DNA of 64,000 nt. Origin: Anaerohalosphaeraceae bacterium (GTDB taxonomy: Bacteria; Planctomycetota; Phycisphaerae; Sedimentisphaerales; Anaerohalosphaeraceae). Shown here one piece after another: positions 49,734 to 58,431 of the stretch; position 1 is the first letter of the stretch, and every line of letters starts with the position of its first letter. The notes beneath the pieces are model-generated. The model was given only the letters and a program-made list of their open reading frames with translations. It was not told the DNA's origin and did no database searches. Location: NCBI GenBank assembly GCA_963675525.2, contig CAXXSL010000016.1, positions 160,001-224,000 of the forward strand. Reading direction: 5' to 3'. Position numbers and translations under genes: made by a program.

Positions 49734-49955
49734 TCAGGACTGTGACAGGAACGCTTTAATCGAAGCAATGTCAATTAATTCGATGGCGTCAGATGGCGAA
49801 ATACTGATACTGAATTCCTTTTGCAAAGCCATGATGAGAGCAACGTGGGCCATGGAGTCCCAGCCTTCGACGGTGTCGATGGACATGTCGTCCGTTAACT
49901 TTTCGATACCGAAGGCGTCCCGGAAGATTTTTTCGAGTTTTTCATGCATTGTCAT
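49734..49955 (-). CDS. Acyl carrier protein (WDS type)
   Basis: VEGWDSMAHV phosphopantetheine site; acidic, 73 aa; follows FkbH. Confidence 0.92.
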   Translation of the reverse strand: MTMHEKLEKIFRDAFGIEKLTDDMSIDTVEGWDSMAHVALIMALQKEFSISISPSDAIELIDIASIKAFLSQS

Positions 49956-49984
49956 TTTTTCCGTCCACAGATTTCACCGATTTT

Positions 49985-51745
49985 TTATTCAATTTTTAGA
50001 TATTCGAAGTTCTTTGGAGCATAGTTTTCGAGATCATAATGATAGTGTGCCGTTATTTCATCCGAATCCGTTTTCACGAAGTCCATTTTATCCCAAAAAT
50101 CCATCACCAGAGCATTTTTAGGGGTTTTGATGTACTCCGCTTCAAGACCACCTGCACTGGCTGAAATCGCATCGCAGCAGATACGATCGACAAGAGCGTC
50201 TTCGGCCTGACGCCCGATGATGCGGCAACTCATCAGGAAGGTGTCAATCCGCCATTGCTTACCCTGCTTTTGGACCAGAGCCAGTCCCACGGTGCCGTTG
50301 TCGCCGAATTTATCTTTCAATCCCAGCACATAGACATTCCATTCAGGGCTTTCGAACATGTGACGAATGTTTTCCTCGGTGTAGCGTCGTGTTGTCAGAT
50401 TGAACTGGTTGGTTCGCTGGGTTAGCTGGGCTGCACGCTTGACGTCTTTTTCCTGGGCCGGGCGAATGGAACAAATCATCTCAAGTGATTTAAGATAGTC
50501 TTCGAGTGTCGCCGCTGATTCTTGAAGCTGGTTCCGCTGCCGCTGGGCGGCGTACATTTGTCCCCGTTTTTTGTCTTCCTCCGTCAAAGACGCTTTGGCG
50601 AAGAAATTGGTTTCACGGAGTGTTTTTGCATACAACGCCGGATTGGCAGGCAATTCCAATACTTCAACTTCGGGCAGCATCTGACACATGAGTTCTCGTT
50701 CGGCAGGATTGTCATCAACAAAAACCATCGTATCCAGTCCAATGTTGATTTCATCGGCGAGTTTCTTCATATTATCCGGTTTCGGATTCCAGTTGACACA
50801 AACAGACGCAAAATGTTCCTCTTTGAGTATCATATGCGGATGCTCGCGCAGGACTTGTATCACATCGGCTTCGTTATTTTTACTATTAATCGCCAAGATG
50901 ACGCCCTGCTCATATAATTCAAAGATCGCTTTTTGGAAGTCCACAAATTCTCGTCCGGGCCAGTCCGGCCCCAGTACGATGCCGTTCATGCCGTCTTCGC
51001 CGATGATTCCGCCCCAGAGCGTATTATCGCAGTCCAGCACCAGGCACTTACGGATAAGTCCGGTACGTACCTTCAGATGCGAAATGAGCTTTTTGGCTAA
51101 CAGGGCCAGAAAACCTTCGGGAAACGGAATGCGGGCCATCGCCATCATTTCCGGCGAGATTGCATTGGCATAGCCGTAATAAGCAGCCAATTCATCCAGA
51201 TCACAAATCTGCACACGGGGATCGTCCCTAAAAGTCTCCCACAACCGCTGATTGGCTTTATCTAGTTTGAGCTGACGTTCAGACGGCAGAAGATGCAGGT
51301 GCCAGTCCGGCGACATCATAAAAGTAGCCACCACAAGAAGACCGGATGTGTTCTGTCGGAAGGCTTGTGCCAGGGCGATGATCTCATCGGCTGCGGCAAC
51401 CGGTTCTTTCGCCAGTTTATCGGCTTCGGCGATCAATACCGTCACATCCGGGGAAAAAGCGTAGAGGCCGCTCTGAGGATTCAGGATTTCCTGGCTGACC
51501 TGGCCGTAAGGCGCCGTATAGGCCTGAAGGCCAATTGAACAGGCCGCGGCTTCAACGGTCACAAAATCCACAAGCGGATCAATGGTAAAAGAGCCGAGAA
51601 AGGCGGTAGTCAGACTCGCCTTCAAATTCGCCGTGTCGGAACTGAAATTCTCGCGGATTATTCGGGCCGCTTTGCGGTATGCAAGCCACGTTGCATTTTT
51701 CTGAGCCGTATAAATGATATCATTCAGCTTTTCGATTTGACTCAT
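49985..51745 (-). CDS. FkbH-like HAD-IIIC glyceryl transferase/phosphatase
   Basis: KCLVLDCDNTLWGG, SKNN, FVDDNPAE, QRTNQFNLT, DKFGDNG, FLMSCR. Confidence 0.95.
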   Translation of the reverse strand: MSQIEKLNDIIYTAQKNATWLAYRKAARIIRENFSSDTANLKASLTTAFLGSFTIDPLVDFVTVEAAACSIGLQAYTAPYGQVSQEILNPQSGLYAFSPDVTVLIAEADKLAKEPVAAADEIIALAQAFRQNTSGLLVVATFMMSPDWHLHLLPSERQLKLDKANQRLWETFRDDPRVQICDLDELAAYYGYANAISPEMMAMARIPFPEGFLALLAKKLISHLKVRTGLIRKCLVLDCDNTLWGGIIGEDGMNGIVLGPDWPGREFVDFQKAIFELYEQGVILAINSKNNEADVIQVLREHPHMILKEEHFASVCVNWNPKPDNMKKLADEINIGLDTMVFVDDNPAERELMCQMLPEVEVLELPANPALYAKTLRETNFFAKASLTEEDKKRGQMYAAQRQRNQLQESAATLEDYLKSLEMICSIRPAQEKDVKRAAQLTQRTNQFNLTTRRYTEENIRHMFESPEWNVYVLGLKDKFGDNGTVGLALVQKQGKQWRIDTFLMSCRIIGRQAEDALVDRICCDAISASAGGLEAEYIKTPKNALVMDFWDKMDFVKTDSDEITAHYHYDLENYAPKNFEYLKIE

Positions 51746-51749
51746 TCCG

Positions 51750-52535
51750 TTACTTTTGGTTTTTTCTTTTAAACAATGCTGCCCCCCAGGCGCCGATGAA
51801 TTGAGGGTCAGGGGGCACAATGACCTCTCGGTTTAATCTGCTGGTAAGTTCAGCCACCATGCCTTTATTTAAGGCCACCCCTCCTGCAAAAAACACCTTG
51901 CCCTGATGATCCGAGTTTGTTTGATAATATAACCCTACTATCTGGCCTGAAATGGTATTGTGCAGGGCTTTAATAATATTTTCTTTTTTTTCTCCGGCAG
52001 CAATACAGGAGATAATTTCCGATTCGGCAAATACCGTACAGGTGGATGACAGCTTCAGGACTTTGTCCGCTTTCAGTGACAATTCTCCCAGTTCCTCAAC
52101 GTTAACCCCCAGCGAACCGGAGGTCACTTCAAGGAATTTACCCGTGCCGGCTGAACATTTCTGATTCATCACAAAATCAACCACTTTTCCGGATTCATCG
52201 AGAGCAACAACTTTGCTGTCCTGGCCGCCTACATCGATAATAGTCCGGACATCGGAGTCCATGCTGAATCCGGCGACTGCCATCGCGGTTATTTCTGTAA
52301 TGACATCGTCGGCAAAACGGACTTGTTTTCGACCGTAACCGGTCGCGATGACACCGTCGATTTGTTCTTTTTCGATTTTAAGAGCTGTCAACAGGTCGTC
52401 ATAGCTTCGCCGGCAGGATACCACGATCTCAGATCCCCGCGGAGCGATATTTTTGCCCGCAATGGCACCGGTTTCATCGATCAATACCATTTTTGTATAG
52501 GACGACCCTGCGTCAATGCCGAGCATGTATCTCAT
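51750..52535 (-). CDS. ATP-dependent [4Fe-4S] activase of 2-hydroxyacyl-CoA dehydratase (HgdC/HadI/FldI family)
   Basis: GIDAGSSYTK, TGYGR, DVGGQDSK, MNQKCSAGTG, STCTVFAESE, GGVALN. Confidence 0.95.
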   Translation of the reverse strand: MRYMLGIDAGSSYTKMVLIDETGAIAGKNIAPRGSEIVVSCRRSYDDLLTALKIEKEQIDGVIATGYGRKQVRFADDVITEITAMAVAGFSMDSDVRTIIDVGGQDSKVVALDESGKVVDFVMNQKCSAGTGKFLEVTSGSLGVNVEELGELSLKADKVLKLSSTCTVFAESEIISCIAAGEKKENIIKALHNTISGQIVGLYYQTNSDHQGKVFFAGGVALNKGMVAELTSRLNREVIVPPDPQFIGAWGAALFKRKNQK

Positions 52536-53701
52536 GAAGCCCTCAACGTCTCTCTGAACGATTCGATTCGCAGGCCGACCTGCTCTTTTGAATAAAAATC
52601 CGGATTGGCCATGTCAGATTCGATGACCACGGATGGGATTTTGTTCTTTGATAATGCTTTTCGCAACGGAACAATATCGGCCAATGCCCGGCGGCAGCTT
52701 CGGTTGGCATGGCAGATCACACCATCAACCGAATAATCCTTAACTAAACCCATGATCCAATTGATCTTTTGTTCGAGCGACCAATTAAGATAGGTGTTAC
52801 TGTAAGCGGTTATCAAGGATTCCATTTCATCGACCCCATCTTTGTAATCCAGGTCCCACCAGAGGGTATAATCATTTAACACGATCTGAAAGTCAGTATC
52901 GAAACCAGATGGGAATTTGTTGCCAAGAAACCACATTGGATAGCCGTGCCAAAGGAGTCGTGTCGTATCCGTTGATTCAGTTTGCGGCGACTCCTGATTT
53001 TCACGAAGTAGTGCATCGTAGTAATCGCACGCACTTTGGGTCCCTTTTGCTGCTACAATCGGAAAAAGGGCATTGATGAGCTTTTCGGCACGCAATCGAA
53101 TCGGCGATTGTTTGTTCAGTTCATGTACTTTTTTCCAACCCCTGCAGGCCTTTTTGCTGTTTTTAACCTGTTCGGTTAAAATATGAGAATCAATCGTGTT
53201 CGATGTGTGTTCCTGAACAAATGCGACCAAGGACTTATGCTGCCGGCGAATATAGTCCTTCATCGTCGACTGTTGGCCGATCGCATTCGGATAATCAATA
53301 ATAAACAAAGGGATATTTTTCTTCTGAGCCAGCAGTTTAAACCACAGCAGCGTTGTGCCGCATTGGTTATTGGTCGCGATCAGTATATCCGGCTCCGGCA
53401 GGCCGCCATACGGCAATCTGTCATAATGCTCGGCACCAAAATCGATCATGGAATAGGAGCATAAATCCTGCGCAAAGGCCGCCATTTGAGAAGCATGAAT
53501 CATGTCCGGCGCTTTTTTCGACGCCGCACAAACCACCGCATAGCTCTCCGGATACAGACTGACCACCCCCATCGCACGGAGGATTTCGACAGGCGTAAAG
53601 GCCGTAATGTAAGCAATGGGTTTGCCCTCTTTTTTGGCCTGGGCTGCCGTCAGATAATAGTCCGTGAAAATTTTCGTGAGTATGGTTTTACTCGACTCCA
53701 A
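52532..53701 (-). CDS. 2-hydroxyacyl-CoA dehydratase subunit (HgdA/HadB/FldB-like)
   Basis: PVEILRAMG..YPE, DLCSY, GGLPEPD, NNQC, VDGVI..RSC, IESD; TTG start at 53701 behind GGAAGG. Confidence 0.9.
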   Translation of the reverse strand: MESSKTILTKIFTDYYLTAAQAKKEGKPIAYITAFTPVEILRAMGVVSLYPESYAVVCAASKKAPDMIHASQMAAFAQDLCSYSMIDFGAEHYDRLPYGGLPEPDILIATNNQCGTTLLWFKLLAQKKNIPLFIIDYPNAIGQQSTMKDYIRRQHKSLVAFVQEHTSNTIDSHILTEQVKNSKKACRGWKKVHELNKQSPIRLRAEKLINALFPIVAAKGTQSACDYYDALLRENQESPQTESTDTTRLLWHGYPMWFLGNKFPSGFDTDFQIVLNDYTLWWDLDYKDGVDEMESLITAYSNTYLNWSLEQKINWIMGLVKDYSVDGVICHANRSCRRALADIVPLRKALSKNKIPSVVIESDMANPDFYSKEQVGLRIESFRETLRAS

Positions 53702-54848
53702 TCGAATTCCTTCCAGCGATTTCAATGAACGACTCGATGCGCAGCAGATCACGCCCGCTCAACGCTGCCCTGTCATGCTCAATCTCAAGCATCAAATAAT
53801 TGATCCTGAGTTTCTTTAAAATGTCGATTTTACTGAGGTAATTATGCACATGCGGCTCACAGAATTTCTGGTTGACGAAAACAACACCGCCTAAATCCAG
53901 TTGCGAAACTCTGTCCCGAAAGGATTGAATATCCACCTGAGGATCCCTGTGCAGTGTCGGGCTGGGGCCGGATCGCAGATACCTTTCGGCAAGATTTTCG
54001 TAGAGATCGCCTTGTGTCTGGACGTCCAGGTCAAAATACCGCATGCCGTTTGTGATATCATCATCAACAATGATCGCTCCACATTGTTCGATCTGATCCA
54101 AGAGCCGGACATTGTCCATCAACGGCCCGATGATCATGATTTTCTTTTTCGATTTATCGCCCTGAAACTGTTGGCCGGTCCCTTCCTGTACCAACTGCTC
54201 CAGTATCTGATTATATTCATTTCGGTCCATGATCAGACCCGCCGTCATTAATGCAATGAGTTGTGAACCGGAGAGAAATGTCCTGATTTCTTTTTTGAGC
54301 TCGTATAATTTGCGCAGGAGACTGCGTGTTTGGTTATATTGATTTATTTTTTCAGTTAAATCCGATTCCGTGAAATTGACACCGGAGATATTTTTTAGTT
54401 CGCCTGCGAATCGCTTGCTCTCTTCGGCAAAATACCGGATTGAATGAGCATCGGCATTAATCGGATGAAACACCGTATAGGCCGACGGATCTTTCACTTC
54501 TGACTCCCACATCTGCCGAAGAAACTTCAATGAGTCACATGAATTGGGAAATATCACATGAGTGAATAAAGAGAATTCGCCGCAACAAGCCACGGCATAG
54601 ACATCCTGAACAAACGAGCAGGCCGGATTAAATAATGTACGGTGATGCGACTGTGACGTATCAAATGAGCCGATGATCCGAACCGGATGGAAACCTGTGG
54701 CGGCAATAATTTCTTCCGGAATATAATTGGAAAAATAGCCGATAAGACCGTGATATTGATCCTTGATCCGTAAAAGGTACTCTTTTCGATAGTCCGGCTG
54801 CGAAACCAGATTTCGGCAATGGTCTAAGATTTTGTCATTTGCTGTCAT
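53688..54848 (-). CDS. 2-hydroxyacyl-CoA dehydratase subunit (HgdB/HadC/FldC-like)
   Basis: YIPEEIIAATG, ACSFV, NSCD, QKFCEPH, RIESFIE. Confidence 0.9.
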   Translation of the reverse strand: MTANDKILDHCRNLVSQPDYRKEYLLRIKDQYHGLIGYFSNYIPEEIIAATGFHPVRIIGSFDTSQSHHRTLFNPACSFVQDVYAVACCGEFSLFTHVIFPNSCDSLKFLRQMWESEVKDPSAYTVFHPINADAHSIRYFAEESKRFAGELKNISGVNFTESDLTEKINQYNQTRSLLRKLYELKKEIRTFLSGSQLIALMTAGLIMDRNEYNQILEQLVQEGTGQQFQGDKSKKKIMIIGPLMDNVRLLDQIEQCGAIIVDDDITNGMRYFDLDVQTQGDLYENLAERYLRSGPSPTLHRDPQVDIQSFRDRVSQLDLGGVVFVNQKFCEPHVHNYLSKIDILKKLRINYLMLEIEHDRAALSGRDLLRIESFIEIAGRNSIGVE

Positions 54849-54861
54849 GGTGTAAGCATTA

Positions 54862-55410
54862 TTATGAATGTTTGGCCGGCTTGAAGTCTTCAGGCAATAT
54901 GCCGAGGTGGATGATGTCGATACGCCGGCCAACGACGATTGTTTCCTTCCTCAGTGTGCCCTCGATCCGGAATCCAAGTTTTTTCATTGTGATCAGGCTG
55001 GCGATGTTTTCAGGGCGGGTCTGTGCCCAGATCTTTTCGATCCCCATCTTTTCAAATGCGTATTGTATCAGCAGGCTTTCGGCTTCAAGCATCACACCCT
55101 TGCCCCAGTATTCCTTGTTACCGATAACCAGAACGATTTCAGCGGTTTTTTGTTTGGGGTCGATATTCACCAGGCTGATCGTACCGATCGGTCTGGCTGA
55201 ATCTGTTTCGATCATCAAGTCCTGACGAGATGGGCAATCCTTGATCGTTTCAAACCATCGAACTGTTTTTTCGAGTTCGAAAACCTCATCAAGAATCAAT
55301 GTTTTGCGAATATCCGGATCGTTGTACCATTGTACCTTCAGCGGCAGGTCTTCATGGGTCAACGGTCGAAGCCGAATGTGGTTGCCAGAAATTGTAATGT
55401 CTTTATCCAT
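54862..55410 (-). CDS. GNAT N-acyltransferase (RimL/PseH-like)
   Basis: IRLRPL, WYNDP, IGNKEYWGKG, KKLGFRIEG. Confidence 0.9.
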   Translation of the reverse strand: MDKDITISGNHIRLRPLTHEDLPLKVQWYNDPDIRKTLILDEVFELEKTVRWFETIKDCPSRQDLMIETDSARPIGTISLVNIDPKQKTAEIVLVIGNKEYWGKGVMLEAESLLIQYAFEKMGIEKIWAQTRPENIASLITMKKLGFRIEGTLRKETIVVGRRIDIIHLGILPEDFKPAKHS

Positions 55411-55428
55411 GGCTGATAAACTGCTCTA

Positions 55429-56673
55429 TCATTCAAATATATAATTACTGAAGATTTCACTGAGGGTTTGTTTTCTTCGAATCAATATATAGGTTCCGCC
55501 TTCATCGGCGACAATCGCCGGAGCGGGATTAATGAACGCTGGACTCATTACAATCGTGTAGGCTCCAATATTGTCAATCCGGATATAATCGCCCGGTTCA
55601 GGCACCGATGTGGTGATGTCTTTCAGCAGAATGTCTTTTTCCATGCAGGTCGAACCGACAACGTCAAAGCCGCCCACCGGCCGCCCTTCGTTTCGGGTTA
55701 TCACCTTATGCGGCAGATTCAGACTGTGGAAAGTCGGCTTAGTGTGAAATGCGCTGCCGTCAACGGTCACGAATACCTGTTCGCGAATCGTTTTAACGCT
55801 GATCACTTTTGTCACAAAACTCAAGCAATCCGCAGCCATCGCAACACCGGGTTCGATCACCAATGTCGGCTGATGCTGCTGTGCCCACGCGTTCTCATTG
55901 AGCACGTTGCAAACAACCTCCGCGTAATTATCAAAGGTCGGCGTATCCTTAAACGGCATGTCCGGATGCATCCGGCCGAAGAATCCCCCGCCGATATTGA
56001 CATACTGAACCGATTCCGAAAAATGCTTTTGGGCCATATCACAGAGCGTTCGAGTGATCACCTCAAAACACCAATTGCTGCGGTCGGTTGTTGATGTATG
56101 ACCGTGAAGACCGATAACTTTCACGTTCCCGGCCGCCAAAAGAAGGTTTTTAACATTCTCCATGTCCACCGGATCAAAACCGAATCGGCCAACCTTGAGG
56201 CTGTTCTGAATATGCGACTGTCCCGCCTCGTCAGAAAGCCCGATGTTAATACGCAGACCGATCTTTATTTCTTTATTCGAATGCTGTTGAGCATAACTCA
56301 AAACAGATTGAATTTCGTATTCAGAATCCAGATTGACAATGCTGTTATTATTCAAAGCCAATTCTATATCATCGGCGGTCTTAACAGGCCCGTTAAAAAT
56401 TATCTTCTCTGGCTCCTGACCGATTTTAACAGCCAGGTCATATTCCATACGGGATACAACTTCAGCCCAACCGCCCTTCTGTTTAACAATGTCACACAGA
56501 TAAGGAATATAGTTCGTCTTGTACGAATAAGCCAGAATAAACGGCTGATACCGCAACGAAAAAACATTTGTCAGGCCATCGAAATTCGCCTCGAACCGTT
56601 TCCGATCAACAATGTAGAACGGCGAACTGTCCGCAAGGGATTCAAGTTTTTTAATGTCGCAATGATTTATCAT
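55429..56673 (-). CDS. PLP-dependent group IV decarboxylase (LysA/BtrK-like)
   Basis: YSYKTNY, AEVVS, FNGPVK, RFG, GLHGH, NIGGG, IEPG, GSTCMEKD, GAY. Confidence 0.9.
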   Translation of the reverse strand: MINHCDIKKLESLADSSPFYIVDRKRFEANFDGLTNVFSLRYQPFILAYSYKTNYIPYLCDIVKQKGGWAEVVSRMEYDLAVKIGQEPEKIIFNGPVKTADDIELALNNNSIVNLDSEYEIQSVLSYAQQHSNKEIKIGLRINIGLSDEAGQSHIQNSLKVGRFGFDPVDMENVKNLLLAAGNVKVIGLHGHTSTTDRSNWCFEVITRTLCDMAQKHFSESVQYVNIGGGFFGRMHPDMPFKDTPTFDNYAEVVCNVLNENAWAQQHQPTLVIEPGVAMAADCLSFVTKVISVKTIREQVFVTVDGSAFHTKPTFHSLNLPHKVITRNEGRPVGGFDVVGSTCMEKDILLKDITTSVPEPGDYIRIDNIGAYTIVMSPAFINPAPAIVADEGGTYILIRRKQTLSEIFSNYIFE

Positions 56674-56674
56674 G

Positions 56675-57283
56675 TTATTTCGGTGTTCCCATGAATTCGT
56701 CGACCGTAACGTGGCCTTCTTTAGCAATGTCCTTACGGCAGACAACATGCCAAAGCGTTAAAACAAGAATCTTAAAATCCAGCCACAAACATTGGTGATC
56801 CACATACCACACGTCATACTCAAACTTCTGCTCCCATGTCATGTTGTTGCGGCCGTTGACTTGTGCCCAACCGGTGATGCCGGGTTTGACCTCGTGCCGG
56901 CGGTTCTGCTCAAGGGTATAACGATCCAGATATTTGACCATCAGGGGCCGCGGGCCGACCAGCGACATGTCGCCTTTTAGCACATTAAACAGTTCCGGCA
57001 GTTCATCCAGACTCGTTGCCCGCAAACACAGTCCAAAAGGCGTCAGGCGTTTTTCGTCCGGCAATTGATTGCCCTGCTCATCGTGCGTTCGGCTGACCAT
57101 CGTGCGAAACTTATACATGGTAAACAACTTGCAATTCAAGCCGGGACGCTGCTGTTTAAACAGTACTGGAGAGCCTAACTTAACATATACAAGTAAAGCA
57201 GTAAGCAGCAAAACGGGACTGAGCAATAATAATGCGACAAAAACCGCAAAGAGATCAATAAGTCTTTTTAAGCTTTTATACAT
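56675..57283 (-). CDS. Monotopic phosphoglycosyl transferase (PglC/Bac_transf family)
   Basis: KRLID, FKQQRPG, KFRTM, SLDELPEL, GDMSLVGPRP, KPGITGWAQVNGRN. Confidence 0.95.
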   Translation of the reverse strand: MYKSLKRLIDLFAVFVALLLLSPVLLLTALLVYVKLGSPVLFKQQRPGLNCKLFTMYKFRTMVSRTHDEQGNQLPDEKRLTPFGLCLRATSLDELPELFNVLKGDMSLVGPRPLMVKYLDRYTLEQNRRHEVKPGITGWAQVNGRNNMTWEQKFEYDVWYVDHQCLWLDFKILVLTLWHVVCRKDIAKEGHVTVDEFMGTPK

Positions 57284-57300
57284 TGGACCAAATCATAAAC

Positions 57301-58359
57301 TTAGTCTGCCTTCGGCAGTTCCCATATTTTGACAGGATAGCTCTGCCGGATATCCGAAGTAGCGAAGAACTGATTATCCGGCGAAAAAGCTATTTTTGAA
57401 ACCAGACGTTCTGCCGGAGTGCATATATGAAAAATCTCATCCGAATCGCTCTTTAAAAGATAAACTTTTGGATTGATCGTAGCAACAAAATACTGACCGT
57501 CGGGACTAAATGCCAAATTCAAAACAGAGTAGTCATTGGTGATCGGACGGATTTCCCCTTCTTCAAGCAATATGATTTTTTTGATTATCTCGCCGGTTTC
57601 GGCATTCAGCTTATATAAAATACCGTCACGATTGCCCGCGAATAAACACTGATGGTCGGGAGAAACAACGACACTGCAAAACTCCAGCGCCGGGTCATAG
57701 GTTGTGTCCCAGAGGATTGCTCCTTTTTCCATATCCACGGCGGCGACCCGGCCTGTCTTTTCTTTACTGCCGACAGCGTAAAGAATCGCTTTTCCATCGA
57801 CTGCGTAATCAATAAAATGTTCACTCTTTTCCTGAACACTCAAGGATACGGGGATTCCTAATATTTCTTTTTCAATATCGACTGTCAAAAATTCGTAAAG
57901 TATTTTCCCCGTAGAATCGACCGGATTTTTGCGAATCAGAGCTATGCTTTTTTTATCGCAAGAAATCCTCGGCCAAACCTCCTGGTCATCCCAACCAACC
58001 GGGATATCTTTCGTTTTCTCCCCGGAGGGTAGACTGTACAGAGACAAAATCTTTTTCCTGGAATCAGATATGGCCGCTAACCGATTGGCATCCAGCAAAA
58101 CAACCCGATCCGTGTGAACATTAAAATCCGCCTCCAACTGCGGCAGAGTGTTCCAGTTCCAACTGGCTACCTGACCACCTTTAAACACACAAACCAATCT
58201 ACTATCTACCGTCTCTAAGAACGAAACCCCTGCATTGTCCGGCACAACCAGAGCAACCATGTCGCCTTTCTTGATGTTGTTGATGACGACAATAAGCATA
58301 ATCAATAAGAACAGACCGCCAAACAGTTTATAGGGTGGCTTACTTTTTGTTTTTTGCAT
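57301..58359 (-). CDS. Membrane-anchored WD40/PQQ-like beta-propeller protein
   Basis: N-terminal TM; repeated VSPD, AFSPDGQ and AFSPDNQ; VKIWEL. Confidence 0.75.
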   Translation of the reverse strand: MQKTKSKPPYKLFGGLFLLIMLIVVINNIKKGDMVALVVPDNAGVSFLETVDSRLVCVFKGGQVASWNWNTLPQLEADFNVHTDRVVLLDANRLAAISDSRKKILSLYSLPSGEKTKDIPVGWDDQEVWPRISCDKKSIALIRKNPVDSTGKILYEFLTVDIEKEILGIPVSLSVQEKSEHFIDYAVDGKAILYAVGSKEKTGRVAAVDMEKGAILWDTTYDPALEFCSVVVSPDHQCLFAGNRDGILYKLNAETGEIIKKIILLEEGEIRPITNDYSVLNLAFSPDGQYFVATINPKVYLLKSDSDEIFHICTPAERLVSKIAFSPDNQFFATSDIRQSYPVKIWELPKAD

Positions 58360-58431
58360 ATTAATTCTTATATTTAAAATTAAAAGTTTCGTTTTTTATC
58401 GTGCATATTAACTGAACTAAAGCTTTGCCTG

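Noticed and set aside
51750..54848. Benzoyl-CoA reductase or Stickland fermentation operon
   Set aside because: Only one activase subunit (class I Bcr uses two); no aromatic-degradation, CoA-transferase or ETF genes nearby; the genes are coupled to FkbH/ACP.
55429..56673. Calling the decarboxylase lysA
   Set aside because: The fold motifs fit, but the glycan-operon context and YSYKTNY variant leave the substrate open.
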